A stretch of 64,000 bases of DNA from an uncultured Candidatus Saccharibacteria bacterium (GCA_964538855.1 CAZIEY010000001.1:163059-227058); one strand, 5' to 3'. Counted from the stretch's first letter, positions 38,521 through 48,679 are shown. Translations and numbers: made by a program. The notes: generated from the letters alone by a model not told the origin.

Positions 38521-38598
38521 TGAATTATACTCCCCTCTTTTTCTTTGTCCAGAAAACAATCTATTCTTTCTTTATATTTGATTTAGAAAAACTTTAGA

Positions 38599-39198
38599 CT
38601 ATTCGAAAATCCCGTCTAGGTTAACATCGTAGAGAATTTGCTCTTGCACTAATCGATAATTGATGATGTCTTTCTTATCAAACCAGAGATCGATTTCCGA
38701 CTCAGCTTCTTTTGGTGAAGTCGACGCATGAACAAGATTTCGCACAGCACGCTTGTCTTTATCAGCAAGCTCGTAGGAATCAATCACGAAATCTCCACGT
38801 AAAGTCCCAACATCAGATGAAAGTGGTTCTGTTGCTCCAACAACCTTACGAACAATCGTCACGGCGTGCGCACCTTGCCATACCATAATAATAACTGGAC
38901 CAGCGCTCAGATATGCCACGTTCTTTGCAAGGACCGATTCGCCAACCGTTTTTGGATCCTTACCAGAAACATCAACCCCGCTAGCCACTAACCCCCGGAT
39001 TGATTTTGCGCCAACTTTTTCAATCCACCCTTCTTCTAATAGATAATGTTTCTTAATTTGTTCTGCATCCGCCACGATAAATTTCATCGCCACTAATTTA
39101 AGACCGGTTCGTTCAATACGTTTAATAGTTTCTCCAATAAGACCACGCTGTACACCATCCGGCTTTATTAAAACAAATGTACGTTCTTTATTCATCAT
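38599..39198 (-). CDS. ndk: nucleoside-diphosphate kinase
   Basis: ERTFVLIKPDGVQRGLIGE, GTLRGDF and RNLVHAS motifs. Confidence 0.96.
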   Translation of the reverse strand: MMNKERTFVLIKPDGVQRGLIGETIKRIERTGLKLVAMKFIVADAEQIKKHYLLEEGWIEKVGAKSIRGLVASGVDVSGKDPKTVGESVLAKNVAYLSAGPVIIMVWQGAHAVTIVRKVVGATEPLSSDVGTLRGDFVIDSYELADKDKRAVRNLVHASTSPKEAESEIDLWFDKKDIINYRLVQEQILYDVNLDGIFE

Positions 39199-39199
39199 A

Positions 39200-39541
39200 T
39201 TATTGTAAAGTTTTTAAAAATTTAAACATAGACTGTTCGTCCTCGAGATCAAAACGAGTAGCTTTTATAACATTCTCGAACTCGCCCCTCAAAATATAGT
39301 ACGCGGCACAATTCTCGAGAGTCTCGGGAGAAGTTTTATAATCTAATTCTTTCAAAAATCTCTGTATTTGATCCTCTAAATCCAAGACATTACCCGATTT
39401 TGCAAAAATCTCATTTCTCAAATCAATCATCGCTGGAATATTCTCAAAACCTTCCCCGTAAAATTCTAATTCATCGACACCCTCCCCATCTTCTGCGGAG
39501 TGAACAGGATTTCTATCGTAAAAATTAAAGCCTTCAAACAT
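39200..39541 (-). CDS. hypothetical acidic protein
   Basis: 113 aa, TGaTATAAT 6 nt before the ATG. Confidence 0.7.
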   Translation of the reverse strand: MFEGFNFYDRNPVHSAEDGEGVDELEFYGEGFENIPAMIDLRNEIFAKSGNVLDLEDQIQRFLKELDYKTSPETLENCAAYYILRGEFENVIKATRFDLEDEQSMFKFLKTLQ

Positions 39542-39565
39542 GCGCAGATTATATCACGCCGAAAA

Positions 39566-40333
39566 TTATTTTGTCATGATAACAGGACCCTTTTCTGTGA
39601 TGGCGATAGTGTGTTCGACCTGGACGGCGATGGAACCGTCCGTGGTCATATACGTATAACCATCTTTTGCCAATTTAATCCCCGAATAACCGAGCCCAAA
39701 CATCGGCTCAATCGCAAGAACCATGCCCGGCACAATCTCTTCACCCTCACCAGGATTGCCGTAATTTGGCACATAAGGGTCCTCGTGCACCGCAAAACCC
39801 ACACCATGCCCAGCGAGGTGCTGAATAACGCAAAATCCGTGCTGTTTCGCAACGTTTGAAATCGCGTAACCAATGTCCCCAATGCGATTCCCTGGACGAG
39901 CCTGATCAATACCCGCCTGAAGCGCCTCCTTCGCCGCCTTGAGTAATTCGCGCACTTTCTTGTCCACCTTGCCTACAAGAAACGTCACCGCATGATCTGT
40001 GTACAACCCCTTATAAATTAAACCAGCATCAAGCGTCACTACATCGCCCGTTTTAATGGTCTTAGGATTTTCGTTTGGAATACCGTGCACAATCTCGTCA
40101 TTAAGTGCAATGCACGAAGCCGCTGGATAAGGCCGCTTGGCCCCATCAGGCGTGTAATTCAAAAACGATGGGATCCCGCCCGCCTCTATCATCATTTTAT
40201 GTATCATCTCGTCCAAAAAAGCAGTAGTGACGCCGGGTTTAATCTCAGCACCAACCACCTTCAAAATATGCGCGAGTATTTTCCCACCCTCTCGAATAGT
40301 CTTGATTTGTTCTTTGGTTTTGAGTTTAATCAT
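39566..40333 (-). CDS. map: methionine aminopeptidase type I
   Basis: HGIP, GHGVG..VHEDP, AIEPM and EHT motifs. Confidence 0.97.
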   Translation of the reverse strand: MIKLKTKEQIKTIREGGKILAHILKVVGAEIKPGVTTAFLDEMIHKMMIEAGGIPSFLNYTPDGAKRPYPAASCIALNDEIVHGIPNENPKTIKTGDVVTLDAGLIYKGLYTDHAVTFLVGKVDKKVRELLKAAKEALQAGIDQARPGNRIGDIGYAISNVAKQHGFCVIQHLAGHGVGFAVHEDPYVPNYGNPGEGEEIVPGMVLAIEPMFGLGYSGIKLAKDGYTYMTTDGSIAVQVEHTIAITEKGPVIMTK

Positions 40334-40335
40334 GC

Positions 40336-40932
40336 TTATTTATCAAGCCCCAACACACTCATTATATTTTTATGAACCATTTCAATAGATTGTTCTCCAT
40401 TCACTTCGTGGAAATTATGATGCGGATGTGTACGATATAAATCGATGACAGGAACTACAGATGATTCGAACCAATCCATTCGTGTATTAATACTGTTCAT
40501 ACTCTTGTCATCCATACGTCCACGCGCCTGCATTCTATCTACTGCCCACTGTCGTGACACATTGATATACACAATCTCGATATTTTCTCTCTGGAAGAAT
40601 TCAAAAACTGATTCGAGAGTCCTAGCCTCACCCAATCGTCGTGGTGTACCGTCAATAATCAAATGTTCGTCTTCCTGCAACTGTTCTAGTAAAACACTCA
40701 CCCAGCCCCAAATTGAAAGAAATTCGGGCTGTAATTTACCTTGCACAGCGTTTTCATAAGCCAGTTTACTTGAATAAAACTTTTCCTTTATAAAAGAGCG
40801 AAATTTTTCTCCAGCATCCAAAGAAAATACTGGGCGGGAATCATTCTTCTTCAGATAATCAATGAGTAATTCAACCTGTGTACCCTTTCCGCAACCAGAC
40901 CGTCCTATAAATATTATTGTTTTTAAGTTCAT
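40336..40932 (-). CDS. adk: adenylate kinase (short LID)
   Basis: GRSGCGKGTQ, DGTPR and RGRMDD motifs; lies between secY and map. Confidence 0.9.
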   Translation of the reverse strand: MNLKTIIFIGRSGCGKGTQVELLIDYLKKNDSRPVFSLDAGEKFRSFIKEKFYSSKLAYENAVQGKLQPEFLSIWGWVSVLLEQLQEDEHLIIDGTPRRLGEARTLESVFEFFQRENIEIVYINVSRQWAVDRMQARGRMDDKSMNSINTRMDWFESSVVPVIDLYRTHPHHNFHEVNGEQSIEMVHKNIMSVLGLDK

Positions 40933-40955
40933 ACGACAGTAATTGTATACTGTGT

Positions 40956-42230
40956 TTAGTATTCTCGCAAAGAAATCTGTGAATCCAATTTCTTGACCAA
41001 GTCAGTTGCTACTGAAACTGCGATGAGAAGTGATGTACCTCCGAGTGTGAGTGATGTAATACCAGAGAGTGACTGCACCACAATAGGCAAGATTGCGATC
41101 AAACCAAGGAAGATTGCCCCGACGAGAGTAATTCGAGCCAAAATGTGTCCGATGTGTTTTGTGGTTGATTCTCCAGGTCGAACTCCAGGGATAAAAGCAC
41201 CGGTTTTTTGTAGATTCTTTGACATTGCATCTGGATCAAATGTAACTGCAGTATAGAAATATGTAAGAAGCACTACGAGCACGAAGTAAGTAATTCCATA
41301 GTAAAGCTGATTCGCAAGAAATCCTGAAACATGGGAGGCAATAGCTGCAACGGTTGCATTTGCAGAGTTAATAAATACGTTTGCGACTAGTCGTGGCAAA
41401 AGCAACACTGAAAGTGCGAAAATGATTGGAATAACACCAGCCATGTTCAATCGGAGAGGCAAATAAGTTGACGTACCGCCCATAACTGAATTACCCCGAA
41501 CTTGTTTAGGGTGAGTAACAGGAATCGGACGCTCTGCCTCGGTAATAAAGACGACGCTCGTTATAATCACAATCGCGACAAGCACGAAAGCGACATATGA
41601 CACGATCTGAGTCGCATCGTACGCAAAGATCGCCTGTTGAATATGGCCTGGAATACCGGCTACGATACCAGCAAAAATGATGACTGAAGTACCGTTACCA
41701 ATACCGAATTCTGAAATCAATTCACCAATCCAGAGCAAGAGGAATGCACCAGCAGTGATAACAAGAATGTTCAACCCCATTTGGAATCGAGTCAGATCAG
41801 GCAAAATATTTTGTTGTTGAAGAATCAATAGAAAGCTCAGACCTTGTAATACTGCGATTGGCAAAGTGAGTAAACGTGAATATTGTGCGAACTTTTTCTT
41901 GCCTGCCTCCCCCTCTTCTGAATACATTGATTTCAATTTCGGTGACACCATTGTAAACACCTGCATAATAATCGAAGCAGTAATATAAGGACCTACACCA
42001 AGCATTACAATCGAAAGACTGGATAAACCACCTCCTGAAAATACATTCAAGAGACCGAAAAATTGATTACTAGCGAAAAACTGTTGGAGCGCTACTGTGT
42101 CAATTCCTGGAATTGGAATCGCAGCAAATAGTCTAAACACAACGAGTGCACCCAAAACAAAAAATATTTTACTGGATAAATTTCTATCTTGGAAGATTAA
42201 TTTGAGCTTTTGAAAGAAATTTGAAATCAT
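40956..42230 (-). CDS. secY: preprotein translocase SecY
   Basis: GVGPYITASII, GIGNGTS, GVIPIIFA and IPGVRPG motifs. Confidence 0.98.
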   Translation of the reverse strand: MISNFFQKLKLIFQDRNLSSKIFFVLGALVVFRLFAAIPIPGIDTVALQQFFASNQFFGLLNVFSGGGLSSLSIVMLGVGPYITASIIMQVFTMVSPKLKSMYSEEGEAGKKKFAQYSRLLTLPIAVLQGLSFLLILQQQNILPDLTRFQMGLNILVITAGAFLLLWIGELISEFGIGNGTSVIIFAGIVAGIPGHIQQAIFAYDATQIVSYVAFVLVAIVIITSVVFITEAERPIPVTHPKQVRGNSVMGGTSTYLPLRLNMAGVIPIIFALSVLLLPRLVANVFINSANATVAAIASHVSGFLANQLYYGITYFVLVVLLTYFYTAVTFDPDAMSKNLQKTGAFIPGVRPGESTTKHIGHILARITLVGAIFLGLIAILPIVVQSLSGITSLTLGGTSLLIAVSVATDLVKKLDSQISLREY

Positions 42231-42239
42231 GTTTTTGAC

Positions 42240-42680
42240 TTATTCTACCTTTCCACCTGCCTTTTCGATTTGTGCGAGAGCTGTCTTTGAGACCCAGCAA
42301 TTTCGTATTGTTAATTTCTTATCGAGCGCCTTGCCTGACAAAATTTTCACTGGTAATAGTTTACCATTAAATGTGGTAACGAGTTTCTTGTCGAGTAAAA
42401 CTTTTGGGGTGACCATTTCACCGCTCTTAAAATTTGCATTCAATGTGTCGATTGAAATCGGAGTCGCAGAAACCTGAATAGATTTATTGCTATTAACACC
42501 TCGTCCTCGCATTTTCGGGATCTTTTTGATCATGTCACGAATTTCTGGTCGCTTTTTGTGACCGGCTCGAGAGTTTTGACCTTTTTGACCTCGTCCACCC
42601 GTTCGGCCTCGTCGTCCACCACGTCCAACAAGCTTGCTCTTTCGATTTGGTGTTTTTCTTTTTAGTTCATGAATTTGCAT
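42240..42680 (-). CDS. rplO: 50S ribosomal protein L15
   Basis: GRG..GRTGGRGQKGQ.SR motif. Confidence 0.96.
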   Translation of the reverse strand: MQIHELKRKTPNRKSKLVGRGGRRGRTGGRGQKGQNSRAGHKKRPEIRDMIKKIPKMRGRGVNSNKSIQVSATPISIDTLNANFKSGEMVTPKVLLDKKLVTTFNGKLLPVKILSGKALDKKLTIRNCWVSKTALAQIEKAGGKVE

Positions 42681-42696
42681 AGGATTTTGAGTTAGA

Positions 42697-43281
42697 TTAT
42701 CGTTGTAACAAGTTCAAAGCCTGGACTGCAGCTCGGGCAATGTTCAATTTGTTCTTACTACCAGAGAAAATTTTTGCGTTGATATCATTAAGACCAGCTA
42801 GTTCAATCACGTCTTTGACGGCGCTACCTGCAATAACACCTCGGCCAGGAGCTGGCATGAGCATAATTCGTGCGCTTGAATATTTTGTTTCAACACCATG
42901 TCGAATTGAGTTTGCTTTTGTTCGCTTTACATCGATCATGTTTTTCTTAGCGTTTCGAACAGCTTTATCAATAGCAACTGAAGTATCACCTGCTTTGGCA
43001 ATACCTACACCAACTTTACCCTTTCGATTACCAATAATGACAGCTACAGAGAAAGTAAATCGTCGTCCGCCTGAAGAAACTCGAGTTACGCGTCGTACAG
43101 AAATAGTTTTCTGGTCAAATTCTGACTTAACTCGTTCTGGTCGCTTTGAAGTTCGGCGCTTATTTTTGCGGAATTCACGCTTGTCACCTTCTTGAGGGGC
43201 AAAGCTTTTTGGAGCTGCAGCCGTTGTAACTGGCGCTGCGCTTGGTACTGTGTTTTCTGTTTTGATGTCTGGTGTATCCAT
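42697..43281 (-). CDS. rpsE: 30S ribosomal protein S5
   Basis: RVTRV..GGRRF and PA.GRGVIAG motifs. Confidence 0.97.
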   Translation of the reverse strand: MDTPDIKTENTVPSAAPVTTAAAPKSFAPQEGDKREFRKNKRRTSKRPERVKSEFDQKTISVRRVTRVSSGGRRFTFSVAVIIGNRKGKVGVGIAKAGDTSVAIDKAVRNAKKNMIDVKRTKANSIRHGVETKYSSARIMLMPAPGRGVIAGSAVKDVIELAGLNDINAKIFSGSKNKLNIARAAVQALNLLQR

Positions 43282-43285
43282 AGTA

Positions 43286-43636
43286 TTAAAATTCTAAACC
43301 GTTAGTTCGAGCTGAATCAGCTACGACTTTAATATTACCTCGGAAAAGGTAACCTCCTCGATCAAAGATTACTTTGACGATTTTTTTAGCTTTTGCCAAT
43401 TCCGCGATTGCTTTGCCGGCTGAAACAGATTTTTCTTTAAGAGTCTTACCGTCTAGATTTTTAGTCCACACGTAAGCAATTGTTTCTGCTTTTACATCGT
43501 CAATCAACTGCACAGTAATGTGTTTGTTTGATCTGAAAACAGACAATCGAGGTTTTTCTGCGCTACCGATAACACGCGCTCGAATTCGATTTCGTCGTGC
43601 TGTTCTTTTTGCTAGTTTTGAAGTTAATTTAGCCAT
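43286..43636 (-). CDS. rplR: 50S ribosomal protein L18
   Basis: PRLSVFRSN and FDRGGY motifs. Confidence 0.97.
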   Translation of the reverse strand: MAKLTSKLAKRTARRNRIRARVIGSAEKPRLSVFRSNKHITVQLIDDVKAETIAYVWTKNLDGKTLKEKSVSAGKAIAELAKAKKIVKVIFDRGGYLFRGNIKVVADSARTNGLEF

Positions 43637-43646
43637 GGGTTTTTAA

Positions 43647-44180
43647 TTATACGTTTTTCTTACCTTCTTTTCGGCGAATCGTTTCGGTGCTGTATCGAAT
43701 TCCCTTGCCCTTGTAAGGTTCAGGTTTCTTTTGCGCTCGCAATTTCGCTGCAAAATGTCCGACGACTTGTTTGTCGATGCCTGAAATTGTGATAGTTCCC
43801 TTTTCGCTAGTTACTTTGAGACCCTCTGGAATCTCGAGCTCGACTGGGTGTGAAAAACCAATTTTGAGAACCATTTTTTTACCTGCGACGTCGGCTTTGT
43901 AACCAACACCTTCGATCATGAGAACTTTTTCAAAAGCCTTGTTCACACCAGCAATCATATTGTCGATAATTGATGTGTAAGTCCCCCAGAGCACCAATGT
44001 TTGTGCGTCTTGATTTTTTGGTTTAACCACAACTGTTTCGCCCTCCTTTACGATTTCAACTGATGAATCATAATTCATCTTTAATTCTCCAAGTGGTCCT
44101 TTTACGGTAACAGTTTCTGCTGAAATAGTGATTTCAGTTTTTGGAATAATTTGTACTGGTTTTTTTCCGATTCGTGACAT
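43647..44180 (-). CDS. rplF: 50S ribosomal protein L6
   Basis: MSRIGK and PEPYKGKGIRY motifs. Confidence 0.98.
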   Translation of the reverse strand: MSRIGKKPVQIIPKTEITISAETVTVKGPLGELKMNYDSSVEIVKEGETVVVKPKNQDAQTLVLWGTYTSIIDNMIAGVNKAFEKVLMIEGVGYKADVAGKKMVLKIGFSHPVELEIPEGLKVTSEKGTITISGIDKQVVGHFAAKLRAQKKPEPYKGKGIRYSTETIRRKEGKKNV

Positions 44181-44189
44181 ATATTTTTA

Positions 44190-44579
44190 TTACCAAATTT
44201 CAAACATTACTTCTCCACCGACTTTCTTTTCGCGGGCAGTTCGACCAGCCATAATTCCAAGAGGAGTTGAAACAACTGCGATTCCTAAACCATTCAAAAC
44301 TGGGTTGATGTATTGTGAACCTCGGTAAATTCTCTTTGAAAGTTTTGAAACGCGTTTTACGTCTGTAATCGCTGAATCACCGTCTGCATTATAAGCCAAA
44401 GTAACAGTAATAGTTCGCTTTTTCTTATCTGCATCAAATTCAGTGATAAATTTCTCTTTCTTCAAAAGTTTTAAAATCTCCACATTCAAGTTTGAGAGAG
44501 CCACTTCGACAGTCGGTTTACCAGACATAGAAGCGTTCTTCATCTTGATTATTAAGTTTGAAATTTTGTCGCCTACCAT
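44190..44579 (-). CDS. rpsH: 30S ribosomal protein S8
   Basis: RVSK, STP.GI and GGEV motifs. Confidence 0.96.
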   Translation of the reverse strand: MVGDKISNLIIKMKNASMSGKPTVEVALSNLNVEILKLLKKEKFITEFDADKKKRTITVTLAYNADGDSAITDVKRVSKLSKRIYRGSQYINPVLNGLGIAVVSTPLGIMAGRTAREKKVGGEVMFEIW

Positions 44580-44758
44580 GATGATTTTTTAATACCAGGA
44601 ATCTGGCCTTCGTTAGCTAATTCTCGGAAACAAATACGGCACATATCGAAATCTCGCATATAACCACGCTTTCGACCACATTTAAAACATCGTCGAACGA
44701 CTCGACATGCGTATTTTGGTGTTTTTTGTGATCTTGCGATGACTGATGTTTTTGCCAT
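44573..44758 (-). CDS. rpsN: 30S ribosomal protein S14 (Zn-binding type)
   Basis: CFKCGR...CRICFRE...PGIKKSSW. Confidence 0.97.
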   Translation of the reverse strand: MAKTSVIARSQKTPKYACRVVRRCFKCGRKRGYMRDFDMCRICFRELANEGQIPGIKKSSW

Positions 44759-44805
44759 AAAAGTTTGCCTATATTATCAATTTGACCTTGATAAGTCAAT
44801 CGATT

Positions 44806-45345
44806 TTAACCTTTTTTAAAAGGTATACCAATAAATTCAAGATATGCCAATGTTTCAGCCGGTGAATTAGACTTTACTCCAATTGTAATACCGAGACCAA
44901 ATGAGTCTTTTACATCTTGGTCAGCAGTTTCTGGAAAGATACCATTTTCCTTGATTCCAATAGTGAAATTCCCCATCTCATCAACACTTGTCTTTGAAAT
45001 TCCTAAAAAGTCTCGGGTTCGAGGAAGTGCAATGTGAATCAATTTATCGATGAAACTACGAGCCTTTTCACCGCGCAATGTAACTCGATAACCAGACAAT
45101 TGACCAGCGCGGACCTTGAAAGTCGCGATTGATTTCTTTGCTAATTGATGTGAAGGTTTCTGACCAGCAATCAAAGCGATGTTTTTCTCGATCAATTTGA
45201 TCTTGTTTTTGTCTTGGATTGAACCAACTCCAGATCCGATGACTACTTTTGTAAGTCGTGGAGCTTGCATTGGGTTTGTATAACCAAACTGTTCTTTCAA
45301 AGCCTTGAAAACCAATTTTTCTTTTTCTGTGAGAGTAGTAAACAT
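44806..45345 (-). CDS. rplE: 50S ribosomal protein L5
   Basis: GQKP, SIATFKVR, VTLRG and LPRTRDF motifs. Confidence 0.97.
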   Translation of the reverse strand: MFTTLTEKEKLVFKALKEQFGYTNPMQAPRLTKVVIGSGVGSIQDKNKIKLIEKNIALIAGQKPSHQLAKKSIATFKVRAGQLSGYRVTLRGEKARSFIDKLIHIALPRTRDFLGISKTSVDEMGNFTIGIKENGIFPETADQDVKDSFGLGITIGVKSNSPAETLAYLEFIGIPFKKG

Positions 45346-45349
45346 ATGA

Positions 45350-45592
45350 TTATTTCTTAGAAACCTTAGCAGCTTTTGTGACTAACGCAACATTTGAAAC
45401 GTCGATTGGAACCGCTCGTTCAATTCGCTCCCCCGCCTTGCCATTGCTTCGGGCTTTGACATGCTTTTTTGCCATATTAACACCTTCAACCAAAACTTTG
45501 TTTTTCTTTGGGAAAGCTCGGAGAACTTTTGCTTTTGTTCCCTTATCCTTTCCTGTGAGCACTATTACGTTGTCGTTTTTCTTGATTTTCAT
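45350..45592 (-). CDS. rplX: 50S ribosomal protein L24
   Basis: KOW motif GKDKG, VEGVN and SNVAL. Confidence 0.96.
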   Translation of the reverse strand: MKIKKNDNVIVLTGKDKGTKAKVLRAFPKKNKVLVEGVNMAKKHVKARSNGKAGERIERAVPIDVSNVALVTKAAKVSKK

Positions 45593-45596
45593 GGTA

Positions 45597-45971
45597 TTAA
45601 ATTATTTCAGGAGCAAGTGACACGATTGATTGATAACCGAGTTCTCCGATTTCTCGTGGAATTGGTCCAAACACACGGTTTGCAGTCGGTTCAACAGTTT
45701 TACCAATAGTTACGCATACTACTGAGTTTTCATCGAATCGAATATAAGAACCATCCTTTCGACGGAAAGGTTTCTTTTGTCGAACAACAATTCCGATCAA
45801 AACGTCTTTCTTTTTAACTGCTTTTCGAGGTTGTGCTTTTTGAACTGAAAACACAATGAGATCACCAATTTCAGCGTATCGCTTCTTTGTAGAACCGAGG
45901 ATTTTGAAAACTCGCCCAATTTGAGCTCCGGTGTTATCTGTAATGGTAATGATTGATCGGTCTTGTATCAT
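45597..45971 (-). CDS. rplN: 50S ribosomal protein L14
   Basis: DNTGA, DGSYIRFDEN and SLAPE motifs. Confidence 0.97.
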   Translation of the reverse strand: MIQDRSIITITDNTGAQIGRVFKILGSTKKRYAEIGDLIVFSVQKAQPRKAVKKKDVLIGIVVRQKKPFRRKDGSYIRFDENSVVCVTIGKTVEPTANRVFGPIPREIGELGYQSIVSLAPEII

Positions 45972-45977
45972 AAATTT

Positions 45978-46256
45978 TTATTTAACGATTGAAGTTAAAG
46001 TGAATCGCTTGTCCTTTGAAATAGGTTTGCATTCATAAATAGTAACTCGGTCACCGATTTTTGCAGTATTACCAGCATCGTGCGCCTTGTGCTTCTTTCG
46101 AGTTTGAATGAATTTTTCGTATTTAGGGTGTTTTGTAAAACGAGAAACCATTACAACGATTGTATCTTTCATTTTGTCAGATACAACAACTCCTGCGAGG
46201 GTTCGGCCCTTGCGCACTGGTTGTACTTTTTTTGTTGTTGTTTTGACAGTTGTCAT
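45978..46256 (-). CDS. rpsQ: 30S ribosomal protein S17
   Basis: GVVVSDKM.DT, HPKY and PISK motifs. Confidence 0.97.
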   Translation of the reverse strand: MTTVKTTTKKVQPVRKGRTLAGVVVSDKMKDTIVVMVSRFTKHPKYEKFIQTRKKHKAHDAGNTAKIGDRVTIYECKPISKDKRFTLTSIVK

Positions 46257-46267
46257 GTTTTTTAAAA

Positions 46268-46447
46268 TTATCTGCTGTTTTTCTCGGTCAAGATTCGAGC
46301 AACGTTTTTTCGTTGTTCTCTCATAGCTTTGACATTTTTTGTCGTAGCACCAGAAAGATTGAAACGGGTCTTTCGAATATCCTCTCGCGCTTCAGCGAGG
46401 ATTTTGTTTAATTCTTTGTCTGTTTTTGTTTTAAGTTCTTTTGACAT
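46268..46447 (-). CDS. rpmC: 50S ribosomal protein L29 (not in the ORF track)
   Basis: Hand-translated MSKELKTKTDKEL...RF...RKNVARILTE, between rplP and rpsQ. Confidence 0.92.
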   Translation of the reverse strand: MSKELKTKTDKELNKILAEAREDIRKTRFNLSGATTKNVKAMREQRKNVARILTEKNSR

Positions 46448-46483
46448 AACTTTGATTCGTTACTCTATCAGATTTTTCCAGAA

Positions 46484-46909
46484 TTACAATCGCGCGACGA
46501 TTTTTGTCTTCACTCCTAATTTTGTTCCAGCCTTTCGCAACGCCTCTTTTGCGACATCATCCGCAACACCATCGACTTCAAAAAGGATCCGACCTGGATA
46601 AATTTCTGCGACATAACCCTGCAAATCCCCCTTACCCTTTCCCAATTTTACTTCGGCTGGCTTTTGGGTATAAGGTCGATCTGGGAAAATTCGAATCCAT
46701 GAACGACCTGTTTTACCGAGCTGTCGTGACATTGCCTTTCGAGCAGCTTCGATTTGATTCGATTTAACTCGATAATATGTAAGCGCCTTCAATCCAAATG
46801 AACCAAAATCAACATTGACTCCTCGAGTTGCGTGTCGAAGTTCTTTGAGTGGATTCTGTCGTCCTGTTTGCCACTTTCGGTGTTTTACTTTTTTTGGAAA
46901 TAATGTCAT
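46484..46909 (-). CDS. rplP: 50S ribosomal protein L16
   Basis: QIEAAR, WIRIFPD and GKGKG motifs. Confidence 0.97.
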   Translation of the reverse strand: MTLFPKKVKHRKWQTGRQNPLKELRHATRGVNVDFGSFGLKALTYYRVKSNQIEAARKAMSRQLGKTGRSWIRIFPDRPYTQKPAEVKLGKGKGDLQGYVAEIYPGRILFEVDGVADDVAKEALRKAGTKLGVKTKIVARL

Positions 46910-46914
46910 ACGTT

Positions 46915-47583
46915 TTATTTTTTATCTGTATCAAAAATTTCACCTCGGTAAATCCACACTTTGATACCGAGCACTCCCTGTGCGATATTTGCTCGTGTTC
47001 GAGCGTAATCAATATCAGCTCGGAAAGTTTGGAGTGGAACACGACCTCGTTTTACTTGTTCTGTTCGGGCCATATCAGCACCGTTCAAACGACCACCGAC
47101 TCGAATTCGAACTCCCTGAACATTTCGGTTCGCAGCTACTTTTTCAACCAATTGTTTCAAGACACGTCGGAAAGGCATTCGCTTTTCCAAACCATCCTTG
47201 ACCAAAAGTGACACAATTCGAGCGTCGCTCTCTGCAGAGTGAATTTCTTCGACATCGATTTTTAATTCGATTTTATCATTCGCGATCTTGTTCTTGATCA
47301 TGAATTTCGTCAAATCTGCACGCAATTTTGTCATTCCTTCGCCACTTCGGCCAACAATAAGTCCAGGACGTGAGCTCTTGATGATGATTCGGAAAGCCTT
47401 GTCACTGCGTTCTATTTCGATGTTACCAACAAACATACCTTCGGTTTTTGCCATCAAGTAGTCGCGCACCAAAACATCTGCCTTGAGGTAGTCTCGGTAT
47501 TTTTTGTTATCACCAAACCAGCGAGATTTCCAACCTCGAATGATTCCTAGTCTGTGTGAATATGGGTGAACTCGGTGTGACAT
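46915..47583 (-). CDS. rpsC: 30S ribosomal protein S3
   Basis: RPGLIVG, GRLNGA and PLQTFRADIDY motifs. Confidence 0.98.
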   Translation of the reverse strand: MSHRVHPYSHRLGIIRGWKSRWFGDNKKYRDYLKADVLVRDYLMAKTEGMFVGNIEIERSDKAFRIIIKSSRPGLIVGRSGEGMTKLRADLTKFMIKNKIANDKIELKIDVEEIHSAESDARIVSLLVKDGLEKRMPFRRVLKQLVEKVAANRNVQGVRIRVGGRLNGADMARTEQVKRGRVPLQTFRADIDYARTRANIAQGVLGIKVWIYRGEIFDTDKK

Positions 47584-47584
47584 G

Positions 47585-47980
47585 TTATTTTTTCTTTGCG
47601 GTTACTTCTTTGACGACTTTCTTTGCAACTTTTGCTTTTGCGACTGTTTCCCCCTTTTCAGCAAGTACAAGATGAATGTGACTTGTGTGTTTATGGATTG
47701 GGAAAGCTCGTCCGCGTGCACGTGGCATACTGCGTTTGATAATGGCACCCTGATTGACACTGATTGATTTTATGAAAAGATTTTCTGGCTTGAGGTTGAA
47801 ATTGTGAGTTGCGTTTGCGATTGCAGATTCAAGGAGCTTTTTAATTGGGTTAGAAGCTTTTTTAGGGACGAATGTCAAATGATTCAATGCAATGATTACA
47901 TTTTTACCGCGTACTGTATCCGTAACGAGTCGGACCTTTCGTGGAGCTTGTCTATAGTTGTTGAGTTTAGCGGTAATCAT
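47585..47980 (-). CDS. rplV: 50S ribosomal protein L22
   Basis: PRKVRLV, SAIANA and PRARGR motifs. Confidence 0.97.
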   Translation of the reverse strand: MITAKLNNYRQAPRKVRLVTDTVRGKNVIIALNHLTFVPKKASNPIKKLLESAIANATHNFNLKPENLFIKSISVNQGAIIKRSMPRARGRAFPIHKHTSHIHLVLAEKGETVAKAKVAKKVVKEVTAKKK

Positions 47981-47985
47981 ATATT

Positions 47986-48327
47986 TTATTTAGCAGGGGC
48001 TGTAGCAGCTTTTGCAGATTTAGAAGCAGCAATTTCAGCTTCTTTCTTTGCAACGTCCATATCTTTTTGCATTTTACCTCCGTGGTGTGTGAATTTAGTT
48101 GTTGGAGAAAATTCGCCAAGTCGATGACCCACCATGTCTTCTGTAACTAACACTTCGATGTGATTTTTTCCGTTATGAACACCAAATTTAAAACCGACCA
48201 TTTCAGGAGCGATAGTGCAATCTCGTGACCAAGTCTTAATCACGCCAGCTTGTGCTGGTTTTTTGCCTTCGATTTTCTTCATTAATTTCGGATCCAAGTA
48301 TGGTCCTTTTTTGAGTGATCGTGTCAT
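47986..48327 (-). CDS. rpsS: 30S ribosomal protein S19
   Basis: RSLKKGP, VHNGK and [10 protein letters not shown] motifs. Confidence 0.98.
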   Translation of the reverse strand: MTRSLKKGPYLDPKLMKKIEGKKPAQAGVIKTWSRDCTIAPEMVGFKFGVHNGKNHIEVLVTEDMVGHRLGEFSPTTKFTHHGGKMQKDMDVAKKEAEIAASKSAKAATAPAK

Positions 48328-48505
48328 GTGATTAACGGAAAAAGCTCACCATGAGCTTGGGTGCTATATTAGCAAATCGTCGTTAATTGTCAAATGGGTT
48401 TTGATGAATCAATATTAATTCGTGCAAAAAGTGTTGACATATGTGCATACGAAATGTATTGTGAATATGTACCGATCTTTCCACAAACCAACCGGAGACA
48501 GATTC

Positions 48506-48643
48506 ATGAAGGAATTATTTGTCACCCACCCCTTCTTAGCATGGGGAGGAGTACTGGGAGCACTGCTGTTAGTCGGACTCGTCATAACCGTCGTCGTTCT
48601 CTGCTCGAGAAGCTATCTCAGTGGAGCTGGCTATAAACCCTGA
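48506..48643 (+). CDS. small TM protein inserted in the S10 cluster
   Basis: CGGAGA SD, TTGACA-17-TATTGT promoter; MKELFVTHPFLAWGGVLGALLLVGLVITVVVL... Confidence 0.6.
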   Translation: MKELFVTHPFLAWGGVLGALLLVGLVITVVVLCSRSYLSGAGYKP

Positions 48644-48679
48644 TCGATATCTCGACTAACTAACCCTGGAGGACTTCGC

